This document shows positions 27,002 through 40,296 of a stretch of 64,000 nucleotides of DNA, in pieces. The position numbers and the translations under genes are program-made. The notes beneath the pieces are model-generated. The model searched no databases, was not told the origin of the DNA, and saw nothing but the letters and a program-made list of their open reading frames with translations. The stretch is taken from the NCBI GenBank assembly GCA_965262915.1, contig OZ253564.1, forward strand, positions 4,160,001 through 4,224,000. Reading direction: 5' to 3'. Position 1 is the first letter of the stretch, and the number at the start of each line of letters is the position of its first letter. The stretch is from Candidatus Spongiisociaceae bacterium (GTDB taxonomy: Bacteria; Actinomycetota; Acidimicrobiia; Spongiisociales; Spongiisociaceae).

Positions 27002-27256
27002 CTAATCCCCGGCTCGGGACATCCCGGATCGGCCCTCGACGGCCCCGGCCCCACGGGCTCGTATGCGCCGGAGCCTCCGCACGGCCAGCGGATCATAAGA
27101 GAGAGCGTCCGGCTTGTCGATCATCCCCCTCAACACCCGGTAATAGACGGCAGAACTGATCCCGAACAACTCGGATATGTCGCGGTCCTTGGGTCCCGGC
27201 AGCATCCACCAAGAGCGCTCGAAATCCAGGACGCGCCGCTCCCTAGGCGTGAGCAT
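27002..27256 (-). CDS. DUF3263 domain protein
   Basis: LTPRERRVLDFERSWW..GPKD..I.ELFG.S...YY..L......AL.YDP..VRRLRR. Confidence 0.9.
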   Translation of the reverse strand: MLTPRERRVLDFERSWWMLPGPKDRDISELFGISSAVYYRVLRGMIDKPDALSYDPLAVRRLRRIRARGAGAVEGRSGMSRAGD

Positions 27257-27383
27257 GATGGGCAGAGCGTATTACGACGAAAGGCCTTAATGGTGGATTT
27301 CGCGTTCTTCGCGAGCGGCACCGGTACACCGGACGGGTCTCCCCGGAAGACCCGGACACGCCCTCGAAGGCGCCGCGGTGATC

Positions 27384-27833
27384 CTAGGAGAATGAAACGC
27401 AGGTGTCGTCCACGACCTGGAGAACGGACTCCTGGCTGAATCGATACTTGTACTCGTCGGAGATCTCATCGATACGGCCCATCGCGTCCTCCTCCGGCGG
27501 CACCAGCACCAGGAGCACCTTGGAACGTTCCGTCCGGACCAGTCCGTCCGGGTCGCGCCATTGGCCGCGTCCGTCGATGACGGTCAGGCCGTCCGGGAAG
27601 CGCGGGGTAACCGTGTCCCGGAGAAAGGCGTCCCACGCCGCATCGTCCACAACCTCGCCGGACGGACCGCTGCGGCCCATGAACAACTGGTACCTGATGA
27701 ACCGATCGGTGCCCTCCGGACAGGGGGCCACGGTGGTTTCGGAGCAGGCCGCGGCGCCTAGAACCGCCAATATCAGGCAGGCCGACAGAGCCTTCCGCAT
27801 CCGACTCCTACTCTCGGCCACGCCACTCGCCAT
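27384..27833 (-). CDS. DUF3574 lipoprotein
   Basis: Lipobox AAAC; WDAFLRDTVTPRFPDGLTVIDGRGQW, YKYRFSQESVL. Confidence 0.88.
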   Translation of the reverse strand: MASGVAESRSRMRKALSACLILAVLGAAACSETTVAPCPEGTDRFIRYQLFMGRSGPSGEVVDDAAWDAFLRDTVTPRFPDGLTVIDGRGQWRDPDGLVRTERSKVLLVLVPPEEDAMGRIDEISDEYKYRFSQESVLQVVDDTCVSFS

Positions 27834-27908
27834 CGTCACGCCCGATCGCCACCCGAAGGATCCTAGGTCGCAGCCACCGGGCCATGAATCGGGAGCAGCC
27901 GGACGGGG

Positions 27909-27981
27909 AGCCGGGTACCGGATTCGAACCGGTGACATCTTCTTTACAAGAGAAGTGCTCTACCAACTGAGCTAACCCGGC
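27909..27981 (-). tRNA. tRNA-Thr(UGU)
   Basis: GCCGGGTTAGCTCAGTTGGTAGAGCA-CTTCT-CTTGTAA-AGAAG-ATGTCACCGGTTCGAATCCGGTACCCGGCT cloverleaf, anticodon TGT. Confidence 0.96.
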
Positions 27982-28144
27982 CGGCCGCCGTATCCTAGTG
28001 GCCTGTCCGGGGATCGGCGCCCCGGCATGCGGCGGCGACTACCCGACCCGCTCAAGGTACCCCTGGGTGCCATCCGGGGGCCGGCAACCGGGTTGCGGCG
28101 CTGACTGCGGCGCTGACTGCGGAAGTCGAGTCCGGGGTTGCCGC

Positions 28145-28923
28145 TCATCGACCCGCCTCGGCGGGACGGCCGAGATAGGCCTCGATGACCGCCTCGTTGC
28201 TCGACACCTCGTCGTGGGAACCTTCGGCGATCTTGACTCCGTGATCGAGCACCACCACCCGGTCGCTCACATCCCGAACCACCCGCATGTCGTGTTCGAT
28301 GACCAGTAGGGTCAGACCCCTCTCGTCACGGAGCCTGCGGATCAGGCCGGTCAACTCGGCGGTCTCGTGAGGGTTCATCCCGGCCACGGGCTCGTCGAGC
28401 AGCAGCAGCTTCGGACGGGTGGCCATAGCCCGGGCGATCTCGAGGCGCCGTTGGTTCGCGTAGGAGAGCGACGCCGCAGGTTGGTCGAATCGGTAACCCA
28501 CCAGCCTGGACCCGAAGAACGAGAGAATCTCCCGTGCCCGGGCGCGGATCTCCGCCTCCTCGCGGCGAAGGAACGGGGTACGCAGCACCGCTCTGAAGGC
28601 ACCCGCCCTGGTCCGGCAGTGCTGGGCGACCATCACGTTCTCGAGCACTGTCATGTTCATGAACAGCCGTACGTTCTGGAACGTCTGAGCTATGCCGTCA
28701 CCGTGATCTCACTCGCTTCGAGCCCGACGACGCTCTCTTCTTCGAAGAGGATATCTCCGCCATCAGGAGGATAGATGCCGGTCACGACATTGAACAACGA
28801 GGTCTTTCCGGCGCCGTTCGGGCCGATCAAAGAGACGATCTCCCCTTCGGATACCCCAAGACTCAACCCGGCGAGTGCTCGGACCCCGCCGAACGACTTG
28901 TGGAGGTCCCGAACGTCCAGCAT
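28145..28923 (-). pseudogene. livG: LivG-type ABC ATP-binding protein, frameshifted near 28698
   Basis: GPNGAGKT in one frame; GIAQTFQNVRLF...LLLDEP in another. Confidence 0.8.
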
Positions 28924-29008
28924 TGCGATCAGCCGCTCGCCTGACCGTGAACCGTCCCGGCGCCGTTCTCGCCGACAGCTCCCTGCCCGAGGAGCCAGGC
29001 ATCCTGGG

Positions 29009-30697
29009 TCACCTCTCCGCGCGCAGCTCCCGCGACCGGCGCACGCTGGGGACAAGGCCCTCGGGTCTGCGCAGCATCATGAAGACCAGCAGGGCTCCGT
29101 AGATGAGGAGTTTGAACTCGGCGAATTCCTGGAGCAGGCCGGGCACGTTGGGACCGCCCAGCACCCCGATCAACACCACCGCGCCGACCGTCACGCCCGG
29201 AATGTTGCCCATGCCACCCACGATGACAATCACCAGGACGATGATCGACACGAGGAGCTCGAACGAACTGGGGAATACCGAGCCGAGCTTGGCGGCGAAC
29301 AGGGCTCCCGCGGATCCGGCCAGGACGGCCCCGACGATGAACGCGTTCAGCTTGGCCCTCACGGTGTTTACACCCATGGCCGCGGCTGCCGTCTCGTCCT
29401 CCCGGAGGGCCATCCACGCCCGGCCGATACGCGACTCCTGGAGCGACCAGGAGACCCACGCCGCCAGCACTACGAAGAACAGCGCGAAGTAGAGAACCCC
29501 TTCGGGACCCACACCGCTCACCTCTGTGAAACCGAGGGGGATACCCGGAATGTTGAGCACCCCTTGGGCGCCTCCGAAAGTGGGAGAGAGCCAGTCCGAC
29601 AGGAACAGGATCCGGACGATCTCCCCAAAACCGAGGGTAACGATGGCCAGGTAGTCACCCCGCATCCGGATCACGGGAGTTCCCACCAGCAGCCCGGCGA
29701 CCGCCGACATGACGATCGCCACAGGCAGCGCGGCCCACCAGGACCACCCCAGAACGAATCCGGGAGAAGCGGGAGAGGTGAGAACCCCGACGGTATAGGC
29801 CCCGACTGCGAAGAAGGCCACATGGCCCAGGTCCAGCATCCCGGCCAGCCCCACCACGATGTTGAGGCCGAGACCCATCAACAGGAACAGGCCTACGTTG
29901 GCGAGCACCTCCGACAGGAGGCTCCCGAGGATCTGCGGGATGAGGATCAGTACCACCAGCACCAGCAGCGCCGCCAAGACCGAATTCCGGATGCGCCGCC
30001 CCGGGTCTGCGGCGGAGAGACGCCCCTTGATCCTGCCCATCCCGCCCCTGGTCCTCTCGGCGGTGGCGGCAACCATCACCGCCACCGCCAGGGCAGTCCA
30101 CCATTCGAGTGCCCGGCGGACGAAGATCCTCTCCGCCACATCCTCCAATCGCACCTGCCGCAGCACCTGTGAGATCACCTGCTCCAGCAGGGCTACCACC
30201 ACCGTCCACTCCACCGCCAGGATCAATCTGCGTCGAGCAGGGGCGGACATCAGGTGCATGAGGCCACCCACCAGCCCGAGTACGGTCGGCGCCAGGACGG
30301 TCACCACCAGCCCGGTGGGCACACCCCGCCCGTGGGTCAGCAGTTGCACCAGCTTCGCCGAGAAGGCCACGAACACCCCGCGGAGGTCGAACGAGTCGAC
30401 CACAAGCGTGAAGGCCGCCAGGATCGCACCACCCACGAGGCCGCAGGCAACTCCGGCCAGGACATTGCGATGATTCCCGGGTGACCGCTCGACACCGTCG
30501 AGAGCCGGTGTCTTGGTTACCTGGTACTCCGCAACCGGCACGAACCACAGGAGCATCAGGTGGCCGAGGCTCAGAACGGCGTATACGAGCAGGCGGTCCT
30601 CGAAGGCCTCGAGCATCCCCACCGCCGCGACGAACACCATGACGATTCCCGCCGCCGACCCCCATCGAAGCACCCTCCGGATGTCGCTCCCCCTCAC
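29009..30697 (-). CDS. livM: Branched-chain amino acid ABC permease (LivM-like, extended N-terminus)
   Basis: GLNIVVGLAGMLDLG, RMRGDYLAIVTLGFGE, GRAWMALREDE. Confidence 0.9.
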   Translation of the reverse strand: MRGSDIRRVLRWGSAAGIVMVFVAAVGMLEAFEDRLLVYAVLSLGHLMLLWFVPVAEYQVTKTPALDGVERSPGNHRNVLAGVACGLVGGAILAAFTLVVDSFDLRGVFVAFSAKLVQLLTHGRGVPTGLVVTVLAPTVLGLVGGLMHLMSAPARRRLILAVEWTVVVALLEQVISQVLRQVRLEDVAERIFVRRALEWWTALAVAVMVAATAERTRGGMGRIKGRLSAADPGRRIRNSVLAALLVLVVLILIPQILGSLLSEVLANVGLFLLMGLGLNIVVGLAGMLDLGHVAFFAVGAYTVGVLTSPASPGFVLGWSWWAALPVAIVMSAVAGLLVGTPVIRMRGDYLAIVTLGFGEIVRILFLSDWLSPTFGGAQGVLNIPGIPLGFTEVSGVGPEGVLYFALFFVVLAAWVSWSLQESRIGRAWMALREDETAAAAMGVNTVRAKLNAFIVGAVLAGSAGALFAAKLGSVFPSSFELLVSIIVLVIVIVGGMGNIPGVTVGAVVLIGVLGGPNVPGLLQEFAEFKLLIYGALLVFMMLRRPEGLVPSVRRSRELRAER

Positions 30698-31714
30698 GCC
30701 CGGTCCTCGGTCGCCAAGCGCTCACCGAAGAGGCCGGTCGGCTTGAATATCAGGACCAGCACCAGCGCCGTGAACGCCACCACGTCCTTGAGTCGGGACA
30801 CAGCCGGGATGCCGAAACCGCCCAGCACCAGCTGCGGACCAACCCCCTCGAACAATCCCAGAAACACTCCACCCGCCATCGCCCCACCCAGATTCCCGAT
30901 CCCGCCCAGGACCGCGGCGGTGAAGGCCTTGATTCCGGGGAGGAAACCCGTGATGAACGACACTCCCCGGAACAGCAGGGCCCACAGGGTGGCGGCGACC
31001 CCGGCCAGGGCCCCTCCCACCGCGAAGGTGGCGACGATCATGCGGTCGACGTCGATGCCCATGAGCGCGGCGATCTCCTTGTCCTCAGCCACCGCCCTGA
31101 TCGCACGGCCGGTTCTGGTCCTCTCCACGAAGAGGTACAGGCCGGCCATCGCCACGACCGCCACCGCTATCACGCCCAGCTTGGTGCCCTCGATCGAAAC
31201 GCCCAGGAACTCGATCCGGTCCCTGAGCGAGTCGGGCGGCGGGGGATAGCTCTTGACCGCGACCCCGAAGAGACCGGCGAAGGTGTACTGGAGAAAGAAG
31301 GCGATGCCTATCGACGTGATGAGGGGGACCATGCGAGGCGCGTTCCGCAGCGGCCGGTAGGCGATCCTCTCCACCACCAGTGCCACCAGGGTCGAGGTCA
31401 GTACCGACGAGAGAAGCACCAACAGGATGGACAGCGCGAAGTTGGTGTCCCAGAGCCGTATCTCCCACAGGTAGTCGGCGACGAAGAAGCCCACCTGCCA
31501 CCCGACATGAACACCTCGCCGTGGGCGAAGTTGATGAAGCGGAGCACCCGGTAGACCATCGAGTAACCGAGCGCAATGAGACCGTACATGGCGCCTTGGG
31601 CGATTCCTGCCACCACCAGATCGCGCCACGCGTCGCCGGTGGGACGGCCCGCAGGAACCAGTCGACCCAACTCCTCCCGGCCCTTCGCGAGCCGGGTACC
31701 GCAGAGGTGGTCAC
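30694..31714 (-). pseudogene. livH: LivH-type ABC permease with two frameshifts (near 31640 and 31503)
   Basis: VDWFL / GAMYGLIALGYSMVY..INFAHGEVFM / ERIAYRPLR...TGRAIRAVAED lie in three frames. Confidence 0.8.
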
Positions 31715-31810
31715 GGTTCCCGACTCAGAAGAGGAAGCAACCGATCCATCGGCGGAACGACTGCTGTCTGCCGGTCGCCTCCTTCACTGGTCACCGGCGG
31801 CGGGTCACCG

Positions 31811-33142
31811 TCAGCCGGCAGCTGCTTGGGTGGGTGCGTAGCCGAATACCACGTTGTTCTTGCCGGCTTCGATGTTCCGCGGATCCGTGTGGTGGATCAC
31901 CGTGATCCGTTGCGAACCGCAGTCGCCGAACTCGTCACATGCGATCGGACCGACGATCCCGTCGAAGCTCGACCCGGTCAGTTCGTCCCTAAGGGCCTGG
32001 CGGTCGATGTACACGGTCCCCTCCACGTCGACCGCCACCCGATCGATAGCCCTCAACAACATCGTCGTGGCGTCGTAGGCATGCCCCCAGTAGCCGGCCG
32101 ACGGCTTCTCGCCGTAGGTCTCCACGTAGGCGGCCAGCAGACCATCGGCGGTCCGGCCGGTGATGCTGCTGGCGTTGCTGCCGAACCGCAGATCCGGACC
32201 CGAGATGTAGACACCCTCGGACTCGGGCAACTCCATGAAGTTGTCCACCAGGAGCGCAGCGGACACGATCAACGTCACATCCTCGAGGGCGGGGACACTG
32301 CCCACCTGCTGGACGATGAACCCTCCCTCGGGCATGAAGATAGGAAAGAACAACGCCTGTGGACTTCCCTCCGCTACCTCGGTGAGCACCGCGATCATGT
32401 CGGTGTCACCCTTGTTGACTGCGCTGAAGCCCGTCACCTCGCCACCGAGATCCTCGTAGGCGTCCTTGAATGCCTGCACCAGACCCTGGGTGTAGGGATC
32501 GCCGTCATGGATCGCGGCCGTTCTGGCGAACCCCAGTTCGTTCCGCACGAACAGAGCCACCGCCCGACCCTGGAACAGATCGTTGTGGGATATCCGGTAG
32601 TAACCCGGCTGGTAGGCCGTACCGGGGTTTCCCTCCAGGTCCGATGTCAGCGCCGGTGATGTGTTGGAGGGTGCGATCATCACCATGCCCGCATCGGAGA
32701 TCAAGGGTGAGGCGGCCACGGCCGCCGCCGAACAAGTAGTCCCGATCACCCCCACCACGCTGGGATCGGCCACGAGCGCTTGCGCAGTTGCCTGACCACC
32801 CTCAGGTGAACACAGATCGTCCAGAGCGGAACCGAGAGAAACGCTACGACCGGCTACCGGCCCGTAATCGCCGATCGCCAACTCGGCTCCCCTCTGATTG
32901 GGAATACCGAGGAAGGCCACATCCCCGCTTATGGAATTGAGCGACCGGATCTGGATCTCTTCGCCCGGGCCTACCTCCACCGCGCCAAAGGGACCTGCTG
33001 TGAACCCGGCCACCTCTCCAGATGCCTCGGTCGACGTCGGGGTGGTTGCATCAGTGGCCTCCGGCCCTGCTCCTTCTCCATTGTCACCGCAGGCCGAGGC
33101 GATCAGCAACAGACACAGCCCGACAATACCCAACCTACGCAT
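31811..33142 (-). CDS. Branched-chain amino acid ABC substrate-binding lipoprotein
   Basis: Lipobox ASAC; GVIGTTCS, SNTSPALT, HAYDAT. Confidence 0.9.
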   Translation of the reverse strand: MRRLGIVGLCLLLIASACGDNGEGAGPEATDATTPTSTEASGEVAGFTAGPFGAVEVGPGEEIQIRSLNSISGDVAFLGIPNQRGAELAIGDYGPVAGRSVSLGSALDDLCSPEGGQATAQALVADPSVVGVIGTTCSAAAVAASPLISDAGMVMIAPSNTSPALTSDLEGNPGTAYQPGYYRISHNDLFQGRAVALFVRNELGFARTAAIHDGDPYTQGLVQAFKDAYEDLGGEVTGFSAVNKGDTDMIAVLTEVAEGSPQALFFPIFMPEGGFIVQQVGSVPALEDVTLIVSAALLVDNFMELPESEGVYISGPDLRFGSNASSITGRTADGLLAAYVETYGEKPSAGYWGHAYDATTMLLRAIDRVAVDVEGTVYIDRQALRDELTGSSFDGIVGPIACDEFGDCGSQRITVIHHTDPRNIEAGKNNVVFGYAPTQAAAG

Positions 33143-33363
33143 CGCGATCTTCCTCCGGATCTGGCGGTCAGTCCCCGGACAAGAGTACTGGCCGCGACGC
33201 CGGACGCAGGTGACGATGGTGGGCGGGAGGCGAATCCTCGAATTCCACCGGGCCCTCGCCGACCGCTTCGTAAGACGCATGCGCGGAAGGTAGGACCGCA
33301 CATCTCTCCGGAATCGGTGAGTGACCCTTCCCGCCTGCTACGAACTGTCCCGGCCCGATGCGA

Positions 33364-34095
33364 TCAGGAATCCCCACCGCCCAGATACGAGGTACGCAGG
33401 TCGGGATGGGCCAGCAGGTTCTGGGCCGTGTCGTCCAAAACCACCCGCCCGGTTTGGAGAACCCAGCCACGGTCGGCGATCGAAAGAGCCATGTTGGCGT
33501 TCTGCTCCACCATGAACACCGTCATGCCCGCCTCGTGGATCTGTCTGATCAGCTCGAAGTTCTGCTGTACCAGGACCGGGGCGAGACCCATCGACGGTTC
33601 GTCCATCAGCAGTACACGCGGCCCGGCCATCAGCGCCCGGCCGATTGCAACCATCTGTTGTTCACCCCCCGAGAGAGTGCCCGCCTTCTGACCCAGCCGT
33701 TCCTCGACCCGCGGGAACAGGTCGAACACGCGCTCCATGTCGGCGGCGATCCCGTCCGTGTCTTTGCGTAGGTAAGCGCCCAGCTCGAGATTGTCCTTCA
33801 CGCTGAGACGCTTGAACAGGCGGCGGTTCTCCGGAACCATCGTCACGCCCTTGCGGACGCGGTAGCTGATTGGCCGGTCGTTGACCACTTCGCCGTCGAG
33901 CAGTACCTCGCCGGATGTGGGGGTGAGCATCCCGAGCAGCGTCTTGAGGGTGGTCGACTTCCCTGACGCGTTGCCTCCCAGGAGACAGACCAACTCTCCC
34001 TCGTAGATGGCCAGGTCCACGTCCCGCAAAGCGTGGACGGCGCCGTAGTGGACGTTCACCGACCTCATCTCCAGCAGCGGGTGGGAGTCCTTCAT
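33364..34095 (-). CDS. livF: ABC ATP-binding protein LivF
   Basis: GGNASGKST, LSGGEQQM, LLMDEPSMGLAP. Confidence 0.93.
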   Translation of the reverse strand: MKDSHPLLEMRSVNVHYGAVHALRDVDLAIYEGELVCLLGGNASGKSTTLKTLLGMLTPTSGEVLLDGEVVNDRPISYRVRKGVTMVPENRRLFKRLSVKDNLELGAYLRKDTDGIAADMERVFDLFPRVEERLGQKAGTLSGGEQQMVAIGRALMAGPRVLLMDEPSMGLAPVLVQQNFELIRQIHEAGMTVFMVEQNANMALSIADRGWVLQTGRVVLDDTAQNLLAHPDLRTSYLGGGDS

Positions 34096-34873
34096 GTCGC
34101 CGCCCCATGGCCGAGATAAGCCTCTATCACGCGGGGATCCGCCGAGACGTCTTCATAGTCCCCGTCGGCGATCAGGACGCCATGGTCCAGAACGATCACC
34201 CGGTCCGAAACCTCGCGCACCACCTCCATATCGTGCTCGATGACCACGATGGTGTAACCCCACTCGTCACGGAGCCGGGCGATAAGCCCGGTGAGTTCCG
34301 CCGACTCCACAGGGTTCATTCCCGCCACCGGCTCGTCGAGGAGCAGTAGCTTGGGCTGGGTGGCCATGGCCCGGGCGATCTCGAGGCGCCGGCTGTTGGC
34401 ATACGAGAGCACCGCAGCTGGTTGATCGAGGCGAAAACCGATGAGACGGGTTCCGAAGAATGCCAGGATCTCCTCTGCCCGCTCGCGGATCTCGGCTTCC
34501 TCACGCCTGAAGGCCTTCGTGTAGAAAAGCGCGCCGAAGATACCCTGTTTGGTCCGGCAGTGCTGAGCCACCATGACGTTCTCGAGTACCGACATATTGG
34601 CGAAGAGCCGCACATTCTGAAAGGTGCGGGCGACGCCCTGGGATGTCACCTGGTTGGGATCGAGACCGAGGAGTGACTGGCCCTCGAAGACAATCTCGCC
34701 GGTACCCTCCACCGAAGCGGTTATGGCGTTGAACAGGGTGGTCTTGCCCGCGCCGTTCGGCCCGATCACCGAGACGATTTGACCCTCGTGTATCTGTATG
34801 TCCACCCCGGCCAGAGCCCGCAGACCACCGAACTCCACGGACAGACCGCGGATATCGAGAAGGGGCCGACCGT

Positions 34874-34877
<4 letters not shown>
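34092..34877 (-). CDS. livG: ABC ATP-binding protein LivG
   Basis: GPNGAGKTT, ARTFQNVRLF, LLLDEPVAGMN, VIEHDM. Confidence 0.93.
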
Positions 34878-36699
<1,822 letters not shown>

Positions 36700-36703
<4 letters not shown>

Positions 36704-37806
36704 GCGCGATCCTCCGCCGACAGGCGTTCGCCGAACAGCCCGGAGGGTCTGATAAGCAGCACACCGATCAACATGGCGAATGCAACCGCGTCGCGGAGTT
36801 GGGACACTCCGCTGACGCCGAGAGGCTCGAGGATGAGTAGCGGACCGGTCGACTCCGCCAACCCGATTAACAACCCACCTGCCATGGATCCGCCTAGGTT
36901 GCCGATGCCTCCCACGACAGCCGAACTGAAAGCTTTGATGCCGGGAAGGAACCCGGTGTAGTGGATCACGCTGCGGAAGAGAACCCCCCACAGGATGCCG
37001 GCCACACCGGCCATGGCGCCGCCCACCGCGAACACCTTCACGATCGTCCGGTTCACGTCCACGCCCATGAGCCCGGCGATCTCGGCGTCCTCGGCAACGG
37101 CCCGCATCGCCTTGCCCGTCTTGGTCCGCTCCACCAAGAGCCACAGAGTCAGCATCGCCACGGCGGCCACGCATATCACCAGAATCTTGGTGCCCTCGAT
37201 TTGGATGAAAGTGCGCTTGGCGGTGAGCCAATCGGGCATGTCCGGGTACGATTTGCTGGTCGGACCGAGTAGCACCACCGACGTGTTCTGGATGAAGAAC
37301 GAGATGCCGATCGACGTGATCAGGGGGATGAGCCGGGGTGATCTCCGCAACGGCCGGTAGGCGATCCGCTCCATTACCACCGCTGTCAGGGTGCAGACGA
37401 TCATCGAGACCACCACGATGAAGATCAGCGATCCCAGGAAATTGCTTTCCCAGTATCCGGCGTCGGCCAGCTTGTTGGAGGTGATCATCCCGGTCATCGC
37501 CCCGACCATGAAAACCTCGCCATGGGCGAAGTTGATGAAACCGAGCACGCCGTAGACCATCGAGTAACCGAGAGCTATCAGACCGTACATGGCTCCCTGG
37601 GCGAGGCCGGAGATGATGAGCCCTCGGAATTGGGCCCCGGTCAACCCGGTTGCATCAGGATTTATCAAGCGGGCGAAGGGGTTGTCGACGTCCACCTGCT
37701 GGGCTAGGAACGCCAACAACCCCACCACTACCACAGTCAGGGCAGCAACCCGCAAGAGGGCTAAGAACCAGTCAACCTTGGTCCTGGGAACCCTATTGCT
37801 TGCCAT
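36700..37806 (-). CDS. livH: ABC permease LivH
   Basis: GAMYGLIALGYSMVYGVLGFINFAHG, TGKAMRAVAED. Confidence 0.92.
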
Positions 37807-37876
37807 TGACCGCTCTCAACGGGACGAACTCGAAAGCTAGCCTATCCATGCTCGATTCGAGATCGTCGGATTGCGA

Positions 37877-38045
37877 CTAGTGGTCTGTCTGCGAAACGGC
37901 GGCGTGGTATGCGCCGGGAACGGCGTTCCTCGCAAGGCTCGCCGACGAAGGCGTACCCGCAGCGGTACGTCAACGAGGCGGAACGCAGCGAGGGGCGTCG
38001 ATGGCTAGCAGAACACGCCAAGTTGTCTTGCAGACAGACTCCCAG
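37877..38045. mobile_element. 169-bp MITE-like element, copy 1
   Basis: TIR CTAGTGGTCTGTCTGC...GCAGACAGACTCCCAG; homologous to 61470..61638. Confidence 0.8.
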
Positions 38046-38047
38046 GC

Positions 38048-39385
38048 TCAGCTGCCGCCTCCGGAATACACGACGTTGCCCATGCTTGCTTCAGGATCAG
38101 CGGCGCTCTCGTGGTAGACCACCGTAATCTTCTGGGAGCCGCAGTCACCGAAGTCGTCACAACTGATCAGGCCGATCAGACCCTGATAGTCCATGACGTT
38201 GTCGAGATGCTCGCGCACCCCCTGCCGGTCGATCATCAACGAACCGTCCTCCGCCACGTACGACGCGGCGGCGATGGCATCCAGCAAAAGGGTCGTGGCG
38301 TCGTAGCCATGCGCCCAGAACGGCGCGGCCGGCGCCTCACCATAGTCACTCTCGTAGGCAGCCAGGAAGTCGTTGGCCGACTTACCGGTACTCTCGTTGA
38401 CGTTCTCGCCGAACCGGGTATCAGGCCCTGAGAGATACATGCCCTCCGTCTGTGACAGCGCAAGATACTTAGTATTGAGCAGACCGTCGGCGGCAAGCAG
38501 CACCGTGTGCTCCAGACCGGAGACCCCGGGCGCCTGTTCGGCGATGAAGTCCCCGGCGGGTTGGAAGATCGGGAAGAACAACGCCTCCGGGCTACCGGCC
38601 GCGATCTCGGTGAGCACCGGAACCATGTCGGTGTCCTCCTTGTTCACAGCCGAGAAGCCGGTCACATCGCCCCCGAGCGCCGCGAACGCATCCGTGAACG
38701 CCTTCGCCAACCCCTGGGTGTAGGGATCGCCGTCATGGATGGCGGCCGCGGTGGTCAGACCCAGTTCACTGAAAACGAACTCGGCCATGACCCTGCCCTG
38801 GAACAGGTCGTTGTGAGCCGTGCGGTAGTAGCCGTAGCTGTAGTTCTCCCCCGCGTTACCCGCAAGGTCCGATGTCAGCGCGGGCGAGGTGTTACCACCC
38901 GAGATGAGCACCATTCCCGCGTCGGTGATCAGCGGAGCGGCCGCGGTGGCGGCACCCGAGCAGGATGTACCGATGACACCGATCACATCCTCGTCGGCAA
39001 CGATGACCTGAGCCGCGGCTTGGCCTCCGTCGTTGGAGCAGGTGTCATCGAGTCCGGTCCCGAGATCGACATCAAAACCATGAACCTGCCCGTAGTCGGC
39101 GATTGCCAGAACCACGGATCGCTCGATGGGCAGACCGAAGAATGCCACATCGCCCGTGATGGCATTGAGTGAGCGGATCTGGACGGCCTCGCCCGGGGCT
39201 ACCTCCACAACACCCAGCGAACCATCGCCGAGATGCTCCATCATCATTTCCTCTGCAGCGGGCGTGTCCTCGGCCGGCTCGCTCTCGTCTGCACACGCGG
39301 CTGCAACCAGTGCCAGGCATGAGAGCACAGCCAAGATCCGGATTCGAACTCCAGATCGCAGCGAGAAGATTCTGTATCCAAGCAT
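38048..39385 (-). CDS. Branched-chain amino acid ABC substrate-binding lipoprotein
   Basis: RBS AGGAGG; lipobox AAAC; paralog of 31811..33142. Confidence 0.9.
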   Translation of the reverse strand: MLGYRIFSLRSGVRIRILAVLSCLALVAAACADESEPAEDTPAAEEMMMEHLGDGSLGVVEVAPGEAVQIRSLNAITGDVAFFGLPIERSVVLAIADYGQVHGFDVDLGTGLDDTCSNDGGQAAAQVIVADEDVIGVIGTSCSGAATAAAPLITDAGMVLISGGNTSPALTSDLAGNAGENYSYGYYRTAHNDLFQGRVMAEFVFSELGLTTAAAIHDGDPYTQGLAKAFTDAFAALGGDVTGFSAVNKEDTDMVPVLTEIAAGSPEALFFPIFQPAGDFIAEQAPGVSGLEHTVLLAADGLLNTKYLALSQTEGMYLSGPDTRFGENVNESTGKSANDFLAAYESDYGEAPAAPFWAHGYDATTLLLDAIAAASYVAEDGSLMIDRQGVREHLDNVMDYQGLIGLISCDDFGDCGSQKITVVYHESAADPEASMGNVVYSGGGS

Positions 39386-39540
39386 GGATCTACCTCCTGA
39401 CTAGATGCTGTTGCCAGCCGTGTGGATGTCCTTAGGGTGTAGCCTAATGGGCTGGGTTAATCATCGCCCCGTTGGGCCGTCGAGAGTATCTAGCGTTGTC
39501 CGAAACTCGATTCACCACCCGGTAACCCGGATCTCGACAC

Positions 39541-40296
39541 CTACGACGATCCAGCGTGATCACCCATTGCTCTCACGCGGCCCACTTCGAAGCACGCCAG
39601 CGCCGCCGCCACCGAGGCGTTCAGGCTGGCCGTGCCTCGCGCCATCGGAATCGACACCAACACGTCGATACGCTCCTTGACGAGACGGCCGAGACCCCTG
39701 CCCTCAGCTCCCACGAATACCGCCACGGGCTCGGAAAGGAGGCCGAGACCGAATAGGGGCTCGGGTGCGGAAGGGTCGAGCCCCACCGTCCAGACACCGG
39801 CGCCTGAGACCCGCTGAGCGGCGACCGCGACGGAGGACACCGACGCCACCGGCAGGTGTTCGAGCGCTCCGGCCGCCGCCTTGAAGGCCAGAGCGGACAG
39901 AGGGGCCGCCCGGCGGCGCGGGACCACCATCCCGGTCATCCCCGCCGCCAGAGCCGACCGGGCGATAGCACCCACGTTGCGGGGATCCTCCAGGTGGTCG
40001 AGCACGAGGAGAGCCGGTTTCCCGTTCGGGGGATGCTCGGCAACCAGCCTGTCCAACGAGGCGAGGGGTATGGGCCGGGCCTTCGCCACCAGCCCCTGGG
40101 GAGATTCCGTCTCGGCGAGGGAAGCCACCGTGTCGACCAGCTTCACAGCCGTTCCCACGCGCCGGGCCTCCCCCACCAGGCGCTCCGCATCGCGGCGGGT
40201 GCGTTCCACGTAGAGCACCGTCACCCTCCCGGCGGCCAGGGCGGCCCTGACCGCATGAACCCCCTCGACCTTACCGCCGATACCAGCGGGTGCCAT
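39541..40296 (-). CDS. rlmB: 23S rRNA (G2251-2'-O)-methyltransferase
   Basis: LDHLEDPRNVGAIARS, GAEGRG, SLNASVAA; follows cysS. Confidence 0.9.
   Translation of the reverse strand: MAPAGIGGKVEGVHAVRAALAAGRVTVLYVERTRRDAERLVGEARRVGTAVKLVDTVASLAETESPQGLVAKARPIPLASLDRLVAEHPPNGKPALLVLDHLEDPRNVGAIARSALAAGMTGMVVPRRRAAPLSALAFKAAAGALEHLPVASVSSVAVAAQRVSGAGVWTVGLDPSAPEPLFGLGLLSEPVAVFVGAEGRGLGRLVKERIDVLVSIPMARGTASLNASVAAALACFEVGRVRAMGDHAGSS

Noticed and set aside
27909-27981. tRNA-Thr as the island integration site
   Set aside because: It is about 6 kb inside core genes and I found no duplicate of its 3' end or an integrase
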